A stretch of 64,000 nucleotides of DNA from the NCBI GenBank assembly GCA_046483985.1, contig JAWOCD010000056.1, positions 1-64,000 on the forward strand, given 5' to 3'. The notes under the pieces were generated by a model. The model was not told the DNA's origin and did no database searches. It saw nothing but the letters and a program-made list of their open reading frames with translations. Below are positions 1 through 9,676 of the stretch, one piece after another (the stretch's first letter is position 1; the number at the start of each line of letters is the position of its first letter). Source of the stretch: Promethearchaeia archaeon. GTDB lineage: Archaea > Asgardarchaeota > Lokiarchaeia > Sigyniarchaeales > SOKP01. The position numbers were made by a program, and so were the translations under genes.

Positions 1-1049
1 TTATAGGTGATATCTGAAAACCACAATGATGAAACTGGGATATTATATCGATCATTTGTAGGGGAAATGAGCTGATCATATTCAAAAAAGCCGGATTCGG
101 GTACTTTTTGATCAAAAACCGTAAGATTTACTTGTTCCGGATTCGGATTCGATGAAATTGGGGCAAGGTTGACCTTTAAACATCCGCTTTTCTCTTCCAT
201 TTTTGACCATTGTCCTGTTCCTGATTTCTCATATAAAGTTGAATCATAGGGATCATCGGGATGTTTGTTAGCAGAAAAGAAAGATGAGTCTTGCGGATTC
301 GGCATATTATACATAAGTGTTTTAAAAACAGCAAAAAATGTTCGGTTCTTCGTTTTTGAAATGTCTAAAATTCTATTTGAAAAATTTGCCTGGTACCATT
401 TTATAATTGAGGTCCTTCCTTGACCTGATAAATCAATAAGGGTATCATCGGAAGGTTGGTTTAGGGAAGCATCTGGTCTTAAAGATCCCGAATTAGCGGT
501 GGCATTAAATATCGATATTGAGAAACTTTGGTTGTGTTGTACGTTTTCCGACCCCCAATATTGTATAAACATCGAAATGTTTCTAAGTTTGCAAGTATTT
601 GGGATTTGAAATGATGTGGCATAAGAGACATCGGTTTCTTTAAAAGAATCCCCTCCATCCACTCTTGTTTGAAAATCTACGTATGTTTTTTGGGCGGATA
701 ACTCAGTAAAATTTAATCCAAAGTTTGACATATTCCAGCCAGATTTCAAGTTCGACAACATAAGATCTCCATTATCTGTATGATTATTTTCAAATGCTTC
801 GTTTCGAAGATGTGTGAGTTGTGCATTTTGCTCATTTCCCACATCACCAAAAGAAGTGTTTCCAACGGAGAGAGAATTCCGCAACTCCTCCGAATTTTCA
901 TTATGTGTAATGGCATCAGTATTGTCCAATGAGCCCGAATTTGACTCGCTCATGAACGTGACGGAAAAAAGGAGGGCGGAAAGGACGAAAGCCACTAAAA
1001 ATATCGTGACAAAACAGATCCTTTTAACTTTTACTAATTGAATTCTCAT
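1..1049 (-). CDS. Secreted or membrane-anchored surface protein, N-terminal part (runs off the left edge)
   Basis: Not in the ORF track. ATG at 1049 and the frame is open to the window edge (read codon by codon). Begins MRIQLVKVKRICFVTIFLVAFVLSALLFSVTF (basic residues then a hydrophobic anchor), followed by an N/S/T-rich ectodomain with NxS/T sequons. Confidence 0.8.
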   Translation of the reverse strand, partial: MRIQLVKVKRICFVTIFLVAFVLSALLFSVTFMSESNSGSLDNTDAITHNENSEELRNSLSVGNTSFGDVGNEQNAQLTHLRNEAFENNHTDNGDLMLSNLKSGWNMSNFGLNFTELSAQKTYVDFQTRVDGGDSFKETDVSYATSFQIPNTCKLRNISMFIQYWGSENVQHNQSFSISIFNATANSGSLRPDASLNQPSDDTLIDLSGQGRTSIIKWYQANFSNRILDISKTKNRTFFAVFKTLMYNMPNPQDSSFFSANKHPDDPYDSTLYEKSGTGQWSKMEEKSGCLKVNLAPISSNPNPEQVNLTVFDQKVPESGFFEYDQLISPTNDRYNIPVSSLWFSDITY

Positions 1050-1268
1050 ATTTTAATAATAATACAGATATAATTGAAAATATAAACATATCTTTTTTAA
1101 ATTATATATTAGTTTAAGTTCTCTAAAGTTCTTGAGTTTTCAAAATCAGAGTATTAGAAAAAAATTAGGATCAATAGAGTGATACGTCGTGCCGCTCAAG
1201 TTGATAAGCCGTCACGTCCTATAAATACAATCATTTTATAATGTTTTATTACAATTTTTCCCTATTAG

Positions 1269-1508
1269 TTAAATTTGTTCTATACTCCTTCTTCTTTTTT
1301 CCAATTTGAGTATAATGGGAATGATAATCAAAAGTATTAATGGTAAAGTAAAAACAAGGAAACCAATTATCCCCATCAATTCAATAGAGTATGGGACAGA
1401 GATATGTCCAAAAGAGATTATAGGTAATACAAGCAAATACCATAATGCGTTAATTATTATCAATAGAATTAGAACTATTTTTTTGATTTTCATTAATATT
1501 TTCCCCAT
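1269..1508 (-). CDS. Small two-TM membrane protein
   Basis: Two hydrophobic helices and a basic C-terminal tail; directly downstream of the receiver-like gene on the same strand. Confidence 0.6.
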   Translation of the reverse strand: MGKILMKIKKIVLILLIIINALWYLLVLPIISFGHISVPYSIELMGIIGFLVFTLPLILLIIIPIILKLEKRRRSIEQI

Positions 1509-1535
1509 TTATATTAGCGGATTAAAGTTAATTAA

Positions 1536-1949
1536 TTATATAAAGCTGGGAAGGGAATCAGGGACTCTATTGTAATTAAAATGCAGTTGTAACAAATCAT
1601 AAATTTTTTCTTTTCGGACAGGGGTGGTAAGAAAAGAATCAAAACCAGCTTGGGGAATTTTACCTAAACGCTCTTCCCCTCTATATTTTCTCAAACCGAT
1701 GATTCGGGTAGAGGTAAACCGAGCCATTTTTCGCAACTGCTTGCATAATTGAATTCCTCCTTTCCCCGGCAGAAAAGGGCTCATTACAATTAACTGTGGT
1801 TTTTGTGAGAGGATTAATCGTTCTCCCGAATCTCCCCGCGAATTACCAAAGACCTTAATATCTGGATCTATCTCAGAAATCTTATGAAAATTAAATCTAC
1901 TAATGGGATCTCGGGAAAGAATAACAATCTTAATCATTGAATTTTCCAT
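1536..1949 (-). CDS. CheY-like receiver domain protein, atypical (pseudo-receiver)
   Basis: Receiver pattern KIVIL..D / KPQLIVMSPFLPGKGGIQLCKQLR / AGFDSFLTTPV. The phospho-acceptor Asp is Ser and the conserved Lys is Thr. Confidence 0.75.
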   Translation of the reverse strand: MENSMIKIVILSRDPISRFNFHKISEIDPDIKVFGNSRGDSGERLILSQKPQLIVMSPFLPGKGGIQLCKQLRKMARFTSTRIIGLRKYRGEERLGKIPQAGFDSFLTTPVRKEKIYDLLQLHFNYNRVPDSLPSFI

Positions 1950-2112
1950 ATCCTTACATTATTTCTGGAAATACATAAGAGTATCCTTTATAACTTATAT
2001 AGTCTTATTTTAAAAATGAAAAATTTTATTTCGGTCTATTTTGGCTATGAGGTTAACTATAATTGCTTAACATTATAAATTAAAAGTCGTTTTTAACAGT
2101 ATAGATTGAAGG

Positions 2113-3630
2113 TTGCTTCTCATGAAAAAACCTAATATAATATTTATCTTGGTAGATGATCTTGGATGGGCTGAGCCGGGATGTTATGGGAATTCCTTTA
2201 ATGAAACCCCCAATATAGATAATCTCGCTGAATCAGGGGTGTGTTTCACACAAGCTTATGCAAGCGCAACAGTATGTAGTCCCTCCAGAGCTGGGTTATT
2301 AACTGGACAAGCCCCTCCACGGAATGGAATTACCGACTACCTACGTCCTTGGAGTGATTGGTTTCTCCCTCTCAACTCGGGACCTCACGATTTTGCTGAT
2401 AATGAATTGCCAGAAGATACTAATTTTCGGATGGATACTCAACTCATCACCATGGCCCAAATGTTCAGAAAGTGTGGTTATGCCACCGGAATTATCGGAA
2501 AGTGGCATTTATCGGGTTATGATAAAGATGGAGTTAAATACGGTCCCTCCAACTATGGATTTGATGAGGTACTCCTTTCAGAGCAGAGGGGGATCGGGAG
2601 TGGGAGTTATTTTCATCCATATAAGAAAGTAGATCCAACAATCAAGCCAAAGCTTGGTAAAAATGAGTATCTTGTCGACCGCATGAATTACGAAGCAGTA
2701 GAATATATAAAAAGACATAAAGATGAGCCCTTTTTTCTTTATCTCAGCCATTATGCCGTCCATACCACCCTTGACGCTAAAAAAGAGGATATCGAGTATT
2801 TCTCCAAAAAACGTGAGACCCTTGAAAAAAAGACAAAAAAGGATGAAAAAGAGAAGGAAAAAAAGAAAAAGACGAAAAGAACGAGAAAATATCTCAAGTT
2901 CTTCATAACGCTCATTGATCTCTTGAATCCATTGAAAATAAGAAGTTTTGCAAAGAATAAGAAGAAATGGACAGAAGAAAACAATCCGGTATTGGCGGCT
3001 ATGATTAAATCAATAGATGATGGGGTGGGCGAGATCGTTGAAATCCTTAAAGAATTAGACCTCTATGAGACTACAATGATAGTTTTTACCAGCGATAATG
3101 GGGGCGATCCGTGGGTGACTCAGAATGCCCATCTAAGCGCAGGGAAGTCGTTTACATATGAAGGAGGGTTGCGAGTTCCCCAAATTATCTCTTATCCTAA
3201 AATCATGAACTCCAATGTCACCACGGATATACCTACGATAAACCTTGATTTTTATCCGACTTTTGCAGATATAATTGGTTATGACATCCCCGAGGACTAT
3301 GAACTAGATGGAACATCACTTCTCCCTCTCCTCAAAGGGGAGAGGGATACGAGCAGCTTTTCGGGAAGATTGCTCTCATGGCACTATCCTCTGAAGAGAC
3401 GCCATTTTCTTGGCGGACGTTCTTCTGCTGCAAATCGGAAAGATAAATACAAGTATATTTGGTTTTTCAATGAGGGAATAAGTGAATTATATAATTTAGA
3501 ACAAGATGAATCTGAGTCAATAAATTTGGCGGATAAATTACCCGAAAAGGCGAAGGAACATCGAACATCCATGAGAGAATGGTTAAAAGAAGTGGGAGGA
3601 AAAATACCTAAGCGGCAAGAAGGCCCCTAG
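2113..3630 (+). CDS. Cys-type sulfatase (arylsulfatase family); likely start at ATG 2122
   Basis: KPNIIFILVDDLG, formylglycine motif CSPSRAGLLTG, GKWHL, FTSDNG, YEGGLRVP. Confidence 0.95.
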   Translation: MLLMKKPNIIFILVDDLGWAEPGCYGNSFNETPNIDNLAESGVCFTQAYASATVCSPSRAGLLTGQAPPRNGITDYLRPWSDWFLPLNSGPHDFADNELPEDTNFRMDTQLITMAQMFRKCGYATGIIGKWHLSGYDKDGVKYGPSNYGFDEVLLSEQRGIGSGSYFHPYKKVDPTIKPKLGKNEYLVDRMNYEAVEYIKRHKDEPFFLYLSHYAVHTTLDAKKEDIEYFSKKRETLEKKTKKDEKEKEKKKKTKRTRKYLKFFITLIDLLNPLKIRSFAKNKKKWTEENNPVLAAMIKSIDDGVGEIVEILKELDLYETTMIVFTSDNGGDPWVTQNAHLSAGKSFTYEGGLRVPQIISYPKIMNSNVTTDIPTINLDFYPTFADIIGYDIPEDYELDGTSLLPLLKGERDTSSFSGRLLSWHYPLKRRHFLGGRSSAANRKDKYKYIWFFNEGISELYNLEQDESESINLADKLPEKAKEHRTSMREWLKEVGGKIPKRQEGP

Positions 3631-3858
3631 GAAAAGCGGTATCGGGGCTCTTGATCTTAAGATCCTTCTAATTAGCGGTGATCAGATCATCCAAAGATGA
3701 GATACAAGTTCTTCGCAATTTTTCATTCATTCAATTGATTGATGGTCGAAGGAATACTTCTGCAGAATTTATGGTAAAAATTAATAATTAATAAACAAAG
3801 ATTTTTTAAGAAATTCAGAAATTTAAAGTTTCAAGAATAATACTAAAAAGAGATAAAA

Positions 3859-4902
3859 ATGAATGAAAAAAAATACACTGTGGAATATAATAAAGTTGAC
3901 CCACCAAATCTACATATTGGATTTACAAAGAACGATCTAATGTTAAGGACGTTCTTATTGTTGTGCATAATCGGTTTTGCCTCGGTGATAATAATGGGAT
4001 TAACTGCGTTAATTCATATACTTATTGCCTTGGGAACGGTGCTTATAGTCCATAATATTATCTTTTCTTATCAAAAGTGGAAGGATCTACCGGTCACTTA
4101 TAAATCTCCCGCATCTCATATGGTGGCGGGTATGGTCCTAGGTCTTGCTATGCCAATAGCAGCTCCTTATGAGGTCACAGCCGCTGTGGCAATTCTCATG
4201 GTTTTTGTTTTCAAATATGGTCAAAGTAAATTCTTTACAAGGAAATATCTGAATCCCGCAGCTGCTTCAAAAGTTATTTTGCTCGTCCTATTATCTGTGT
4301 TTGTTTTATTTGAGGATCCCTTAAGTACAGGATTGATTTTCCATCCTCATCACTTGGAATTAACCCTTTCAAGTCCCCAAGGATTTAAGGGTGCAATGTG
4401 GATATTTCAAGGTGAAACATTACTATTTACTGAATTGGAACTCTCTGCTACAGAGAGCCTACTATTTTGGCAAACTCATGGTTGGATTGGAGGGGCATGT
4501 GGGCTTTTAGTACTTGGTGTTGGGTTATTTGCAACTTATTGGCTTAAATATAAGTGGCGGATCATAGGCGCAACGTTAGGAACTATGTCATTATTGGCAG
4601 TAGGTTGGGGCTTGATTTTAGGCGGTGATCCTATATTGAGATTAGCTTTCCATGTTTTCACCGGAAGCGTTATCTTTTTGGTCTTTTTTATGGCAACAGA
4701 GCCACAATCTACTCCTATGCCAGAGAAATCACAATACATCTTTGGGGTTCTTCTTGCGATATTAACATTTATCCTCCAACTTTTCAATGTCCTTGGAGGT
4801 TCAATAATCGCCTTGGTAATTTTAAATATAGCCACCCCTTTTCTTGACAAGATTGGTATTAAAACACCCTATGGGCATAGGGAATCAAATGGAGGTGCAT
4901 AA
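3859..4902 (+). CDS. rnfD: RnfD/NqrB family membrane electron-transport subunit
   Basis: Multi-TM protein with LNPAA, G-W-IGG, FFMATEPQSTP and a C-terminal PFLD motif typical of RnfD. Confidence 0.85.
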   Translation: MNEKKYTVEYNKVDPPNLHIGFTKNDLMLRTFLLLCIIGFASVIIMGLTALIHILIALGTVLIVHNIIFSYQKWKDLPVTYKSPASHMVAGMVLGLAMPIAAPYEVTAAVAILMVFVFKYGQSKFFTRKYLNPAAASKVILLVLLSVFVLFEDPLSTGLIFHPHHLELTLSSPQGFKGAMWIFQGETLLFTELELSATESLLFWQTHGWIGGACGLLVLGVGLFATYWLKYKWRIIGATLGTMSLLAVGWGLILGGDPILRLAFHVFTGSVIFLVFFMATEPQSTPMPEKSQYIFGVLLAILTFILQLFNVLGGSIIALVILNIATPFLDKIGIKTPYGHRESNGGA

Positions 4903-4904
4903 AT

Positions 4905-6227
4905 ATGGGACCTAATGAGGAACATATTCATCATTTCAAGGAAAATGGAGGGTTTGAAGTGGATATCAGCATGAAAATGGAAGCCATTGATGAACCATTC
5001 CAAAAAGTACCGCCCGCCAATGAGATGATAGTTTTTCTCAGACATCATATTGGTCGTGAAACCAAGCCTCTTGTTAAACAAGGTCAATCCGTCACATTCG
5101 GGCAAAAAATCGGAGGAATCTCTGAGAAAGAGGGAATGTTTGTTCCCGTCCATAGTCCTGTAAATGGTAAAGTAATGGACATAACAGAGATGAAGCATCC
5201 ACTGTCTGGAAAAAAAGAAAGTGCCGTCATTATTAAAACGACAAGTGAGAATGAAGAAGCGCCCTTAGAACCCTTGGATCCTAAGGAATCTACGAGAAAT
5301 GAGCTCTTAAATAGAGTAAAAGAAGCCGGGATTGTGGGGTTGGGCGGAGCCGCCTTTCCAACGCATCTAAAGTTGTCTATGGATAAAAAAGTTTCCCATC
5401 TTATTATTAATGCCAAAGAAAGTGATCCTAATATTGCTTGCGATTTCAGGCTTATGACCGAAAAACCAGAAGAAATTGTGAACGGCATTAAATTAATGGG
5501 TAAGATGCTTGATGTTGAGGATATTACCTTCGCTACTAGGACACGAGAAGGAGAAACGCCAAAATTCGGTTCAATGTTAATGGAGAATGGTATATCTATG
5601 AAAAGAGTACGACCATGTTATTCCATTGGAAGCGAACGGCTACTGGTGAAGGAAGTTTTAGGTAAAGAAGTACCATCCGGTAAATACCCCCATGATGTTG
5701 GAGTAATTGTCCACAATGTGTCTACTGCCTATGCGGTTGCAAGAGCTATCCATAAGGGAGAACCCCTTGTTTCTCGAGGTCTCACCTTTTATTCAAAGAA
5801 AACTGGCGGAAAGAATTTATGGGTAAGGATGGGTACTCCTGTTGGTCATATACTCAACCACGTAGGACTTTCTCCCAGTGATTTTGATCGGATTACATTA
5901 GGATCCATAATGATGGGTCCTGGAATTGATAATTCGTCTTCTCCCGTCTTGAAGGCAACATCGGGAGTCACAGCGTTTACCCATCGAGAACCCGACCCTT
6001 ATAAGGATTCTCTCCCATGTATACGGTGTGGTTACTGTAATACGGTGTGCCCGGTTTATATCTATCCTCAGCTGATAATGGAAGCTGAAAAAAAAGGCAA
6101 GAGAAAAAGATTGAAAAATCTTCATGTGGAAGATTGTATAAATTGTGGATTATGTTCTTATGTATGTCCATCTCGAATTAAATTCACTAAATATCTCATA
6201 GGAGCAAAAAATCGTATTAGAAACTAA
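4905..6227 (+). CDS. rnfC: RnfC family NADH/FMN-binding Fe-S subunit
   Basis: VHSPVNGKV, AGIVGLGGAAFPTHLK, INAKESDP and two CxxCxxCxxxCP ferredoxin motifs. Confidence 0.9.
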   Translation: MGPNEEHIHHFKENGGFEVDISMKMEAIDEPFQKVPPANEMIVFLRHHIGRETKPLVKQGQSVTFGQKIGGISEKEGMFVPVHSPVNGKVMDITEMKHPLSGKKESAVIIKTTSENEEAPLEPLDPKESTRNELLNRVKEAGIVGLGGAAFPTHLKLSMDKKVSHLIINAKESDPNIACDFRLMTEKPEEIVNGIKLMGKMLDVEDITFATRTREGETPKFGSMLMENGISMKRVRPCYSIGSERLLVKEVLGKEVPSGKYPHDVGVIVHNVSTAYAVARAIHKGEPLVSRGLTFYSKKTGGKNLWVRMGTPVGHILNHVGLSPSDFDRITLGSIMMGPGIDNSSSPVLKATSGVTAFTHREPDPYKDSLPCIRCGYCNTVCPVYIYPQLIMEAEKKGKRKRLKNLHVEDCINCGLCSYVCPSRIKFTKYLIGAKNRIRN

Positions 6228-6833
6228 TATACTAGTGGCAAAAACTAATTTCTTTATTATCTTTTTTTTAAAGTTGATTAGTGAATCGGTAGAGATTGTA
6301 ATTGCATGAATCGACTAACCAATGAAGAAACCAATTGCAAATTTTATTGAATAAATATCAATCAATATGACTATTGAAACTATTCCTTAAATTCCATAAA
6401 TTTATTTTAATACTCAAGGCAATTATTCATTTCAAAAACATAAGTATCAATAGCCAACCCAATTTTAAGAAAACCAGTACATTCCAAGAATAGGACAAGA
6501 AGACACACGAGATATTCATCCTTTATCCATTCTTCGGTACGGAAAATGAACGAATTTCACGTAAATTTAAGTGAGTTTATTCATACTTCGCTATTTCCTT
6601 TCTGTTTCTTAGGTTTTAGTGAAGGGGGGAAGACCAATTGTATAAATTATTACATGGCGTCTCTGCTTAAATAGTTTAAAACCTTAAAAACTAAATTGGA
6701 AGAATGATATTATTAAGAATAAGTAAAGGTAATTAAGGAAATCATAATCTTGATCATTTATTTTCCCGAGAATAACTGATCAGTTCTTGAAACTAATGAA
6801 AAAAAACGAAAATAATGGGTATGGCTTACATAA

Positions 6834-7388
6834 ATGAAGGAACAAAGGTTGTTTAAAATACTCATCGGAGGAGATGCAGCAGTTGGGAAAACTACTCTCC
6901 TATATCGGTATGTGGATGGTATATTCAAGAATGATACCACCATGACCGTTGGAGTAGAGGTTCGCGTTAAAGAAGTTGAATTAGAATCCACAAAGTGTCA
7001 ATTACAACTCTGGGATTTAGGTGGACAGCAAAGATTCCGATTCTTGATGTCTAATTACGTTCCAGGAGCCAATGGCGGAGTGGTTTTGTTTGATACCACA
7101 TCTATGAGTTCTTTCGTAAATATCAAGAAATGGACGCAACTTTTCCGGCACAAAAATAAATCCTTACCCATAATCCTAGTCGCTACTAAGTGCGATTTAG
7201 AGGCTTATTCCATCGTTAAGGATTATTATGCAAATTTAAAAAGGAAACAACTAAATATGTTGGATTATATTAAGACATCCGCCAAGACGGGGTTGAACGT
7301 GGACACCGTTTTCAAAAGTTTGGCTCAAACTTTGATCGATAATGAAAAAAAAGGAAAGAAAAGGAAATCTTTGAGCAAGCGAGATTAG
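6834..7388 (+). CDS. Rab-like small GTPase (Ras superfamily)
   Basis: G1 GDAAVGKT, G2 TVGV, G3 WDLGGQ, G4 TKCD, G5 TSAK; RabF-like QLQLW, RFR and VLFDTT. Confidence 0.92.
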   Translation: MKEQRLFKILIGGDAAVGKTTLLYRYVDGIFKNDTTMTVGVEVRVKEVELESTKCQLQLWDLGGQQRFRFLMSNYVPGANGGVVLFDTTSMSSFVNIKKWTQLFRHKNKSLPIILVATKCDLEAYSIVKDYYANLKRKQLNMLDYIKTSAKTGLNVDTVFKSLAQTLIDNEKKGKKRKSLSKRD

Positions 7389-7436
7389 CTTCCCCAAGTA
7401 GAAAAGATCTAGGGGCATAATACCTATTTTGCGGAA

Positions 7437-7775
7437 ATGATAAGCGGTGGCTCGAATTTTACGGGAAAAAACGGCGTTTTCATTCAAAAGAAAGATAGCG
7501 GAAAACAACCGAAAGAGCACTGGAGCGCCAAAAAAAAGTCCCGCATATGTTCTAAGGTGGAATTATCCTTCGGCATTATGGCACGGAATTACAATTTCGG
7601 GCGCACCCATGTTCGGGCGATTGAGAATGTACAGATTGAAACGAGTTTAGTTTTTAGTTCATGGAACTAGTTCTTTCTCTTATTGTATATTATTGATCAA
7701 CTTGATGATTATATTAGTTTAAGGAAATTATTACATGAAAATTAATAAGTGTGATTTCTAATATTTTATTAACAC
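7437..7775 (+). mobile_element. DDE transposase C-terminal remnant (IS1182/IS5-like) with putative right end
   Basis: Translation ..KVELSFGIMARNYNFGRTHVRAIENVQIETSLVFSSWN matches the VE-x-x-FG...R...V..E..L....N tail of IS5/IS1182-type transposases. The downstream sequence recurs at 15326-15418. Confidence 0.6.
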
Positions 7776-7818
7776 AATTCGCAGATCGTTAAAAATTAGC
7801 AAATAAAATTAAACACAT

Positions 7819-9243
7819 ATGACTGAAATGAAAAAAAGTTTTAAGCCTTCTTATTCAGCCAAGGATAAGACAATTTGGGGTATTGCCGCATTTGGCACCT
7901 CCTTAATTTCTGGAGTGTATGGTGCCACATTGCAATACTTTTTTCAAGTGTACTTAGGATTATCTGCTTCATGGATTGGTGTTGCCGCGTGGTTATACGC
8001 CATATGGAACGCCTTAAATGATCCCATTTTTGGGTTTCTTTCGGATAGGACACGGTCAGAAAAGGGAAGAAGAATTCCTTATATGCGATTCACCGCCCCC
8101 TTTTTGGGACTCTTTTTCATCCTCATCTGGCTTGTCCCTCAAGGATTACCTGATATTGGAATCTTCTGGTGGATGCTCATCACGATGTTGTTATATGACA
8201 CCGCCTATACAATAATCGCGCTAGTTTATAGCGCCTTGCTCCCCGAGTTAACCGAAGATGATCATGTCCGTGGGCAATTTCAGACTTCTGCCTCGTTATT
8301 CCAATTAGTAGCAACAATGTTGGGATTTTTAATTCCCGATTTGCTCCGCCCCAAGACTGGTCAGACCTCACTTACCCCCCTCTATATCGGAATGGTTGCA
8401 ATCGGTATAGCAGGAACAATATGTGTATTGGTGACCAGTTATCATTTTAAGGAACGACCAGAATTCACTCAAGTGGATGAGCCGTTAGGCTTAGTGGATT
8501 CCTTAAAATATACGTTCCAGAATAAATCATTTATAACTCTTACCGTTGCTAACTTTCTTTCCATCTTTGTCCAAGCCATTCTACTGGGCGCGATGTACTA
8601 TTTGGCTGACTATGTAATGCAAGTGTCAACTATCATGTTATTGGTTTTTCTCTTTCTGGGATTAATAGTCGGTGTATTGTTTACGAATACGTTTGCTGGA
8701 AAAATCGGGGTTGTAAAAGCCAATCAAATATTACTCGGATTAGGGGGAATTGCATTAATAATATTACCATTTATTCCTCAAAGGCTCATATATGGATTAC
8801 TCATTTTCGCGGGCATTGGTCTTTCTGGTCCTTTAGTCTTAACAAATGTTATGTTTGCCCAAGTAGCCGACGAAGACGAACTTGAGTCCGGGGTCCGGCG
8901 AGAAGCTGCCTTTTTTGGAGTTAATGCAATGATAACTAAACCCGCCCAATCTTTAGCTCTCTGGTTAAGTCCGTTATTGCTCGAGCTATCGGGATTTTTA
9001 ACCCCTCCAAAAGGCTCCACCGAAATTATTTTAGACCAACCTGGAAGTGCGCTTTTTACAATAAAGATGATTATTGGTTTGATTCCAGGTATTGCAATGA
9101 TAATCGGAGTCATTATTTTATTCTTCTATCCCTTAAAAGGCGAATATTTGAACGAGGTACAAGAAAAGGTGAGTGAACTGCATCAAGAAAAACACGAAGA
9201 ATTAAAAAGGCAAAGAGAGGAAGAAGAAGCCCAAAAGTCTTAA
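7819..9243 (+). CDS. MFS glycoside-pentoside-hexuronide (MelB-like) transporter
   Basis: About 12 TM segments; WNALNDPIFGFLSDRTRS.KGRRIPY and D.DEL.SG.RREAAFFG motifs. Confidence 0.9.
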   Translation: MTEMKKSFKPSYSAKDKTIWGIAAFGTSLISGVYGATLQYFFQVYLGLSASWIGVAAWLYAIWNALNDPIFGFLSDRTRSEKGRRIPYMRFTAPFLGLFFILIWLVPQGLPDIGIFWWMLITMLLYDTAYTIIALVYSALLPELTEDDHVRGQFQTSASLFQLVATMLGFLIPDLLRPKTGQTSLTPLYIGMVAIGIAGTICVLVTSYHFKERPEFTQVDEPLGLVDSLKYTFQNKSFITLTVANFLSIFVQAILLGAMYYLADYVMQVSTIMLLVFLFLGLIVGVLFTNTFAGKIGVVKANQILLGLGGIALIILPFIPQRLIYGLLIFAGIGLSGPLVLTNVMFAQVADEDELESGVRREAAFFGVNAMITKPAQSLALWLSPLLLELSGFLTPPKGSTEIILDQPGSALFTIKMIIGLIPGIAMIIGVIILFFYPLKGEYLNEVQEKVSELHQEKHEELKRQREEEEAQKS

Positions 9244-9407
9244 AATTAAGGATATCCATATTTTTTTATTGGTATTATTTAAATTTTCATTTTTAAAGAA
9301 AATTTTTTTGTGCGGTTGATAATAACAATTCAAATTTTCACAGTTATTTTTATAGATTTTTTCTTTTTTTATTAGTGGAGTTTATAATTTTAAGGTGTTG
9401 AGAAGGT

Positions 9408-9650
9408 ATGGAGAAATTAGGATCTAACATTGTAAGAACCATTCCGGATTCCGAACGATGTTATTCGTGGAGAGGATGGAAACTCTCAAGAAGGATCCAG
9501 CGCAATGAATTTTATCGGGATCTCAGGAAGCAAATAGCAAAAAATCGTGAGTTTCCTTTTAGAGGGAATTCATATATTAGCGATTGCAAGGAGATAAACC
9601 TCCATTCTGAAAATGCAAAATTTACTCACTCATTTTTAGAACAAAAATAA
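9408..9650 (+). CDS. Hypothetical small protein
   Basis: ATG ORF in its own intergenic space; no motif recognised. Confidence 0.35.
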   Translation: MEKLGSNIVRTIPDSERCYSWRGWKLSRRIQRNEFYRDLRKQIAKNREFPFRGNSYISDCKEINLHSENAKFTHSFLEQK

Positions 9651-9676
9651 AAAAGAAAGGTTTAATTAGAAGCAAG

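Noticed and set aside
814-1041. 75-aa plus-strand ORF
   Set aside because: Antisense shadow of the real minus-strand surface-protein gene starting at 1049.
6240-6830. 600-bp intergenic region examined for ncRNA or small ORFs
   Set aside because: No convincing ORF, hairpin array or tRNA-like structure was seen.
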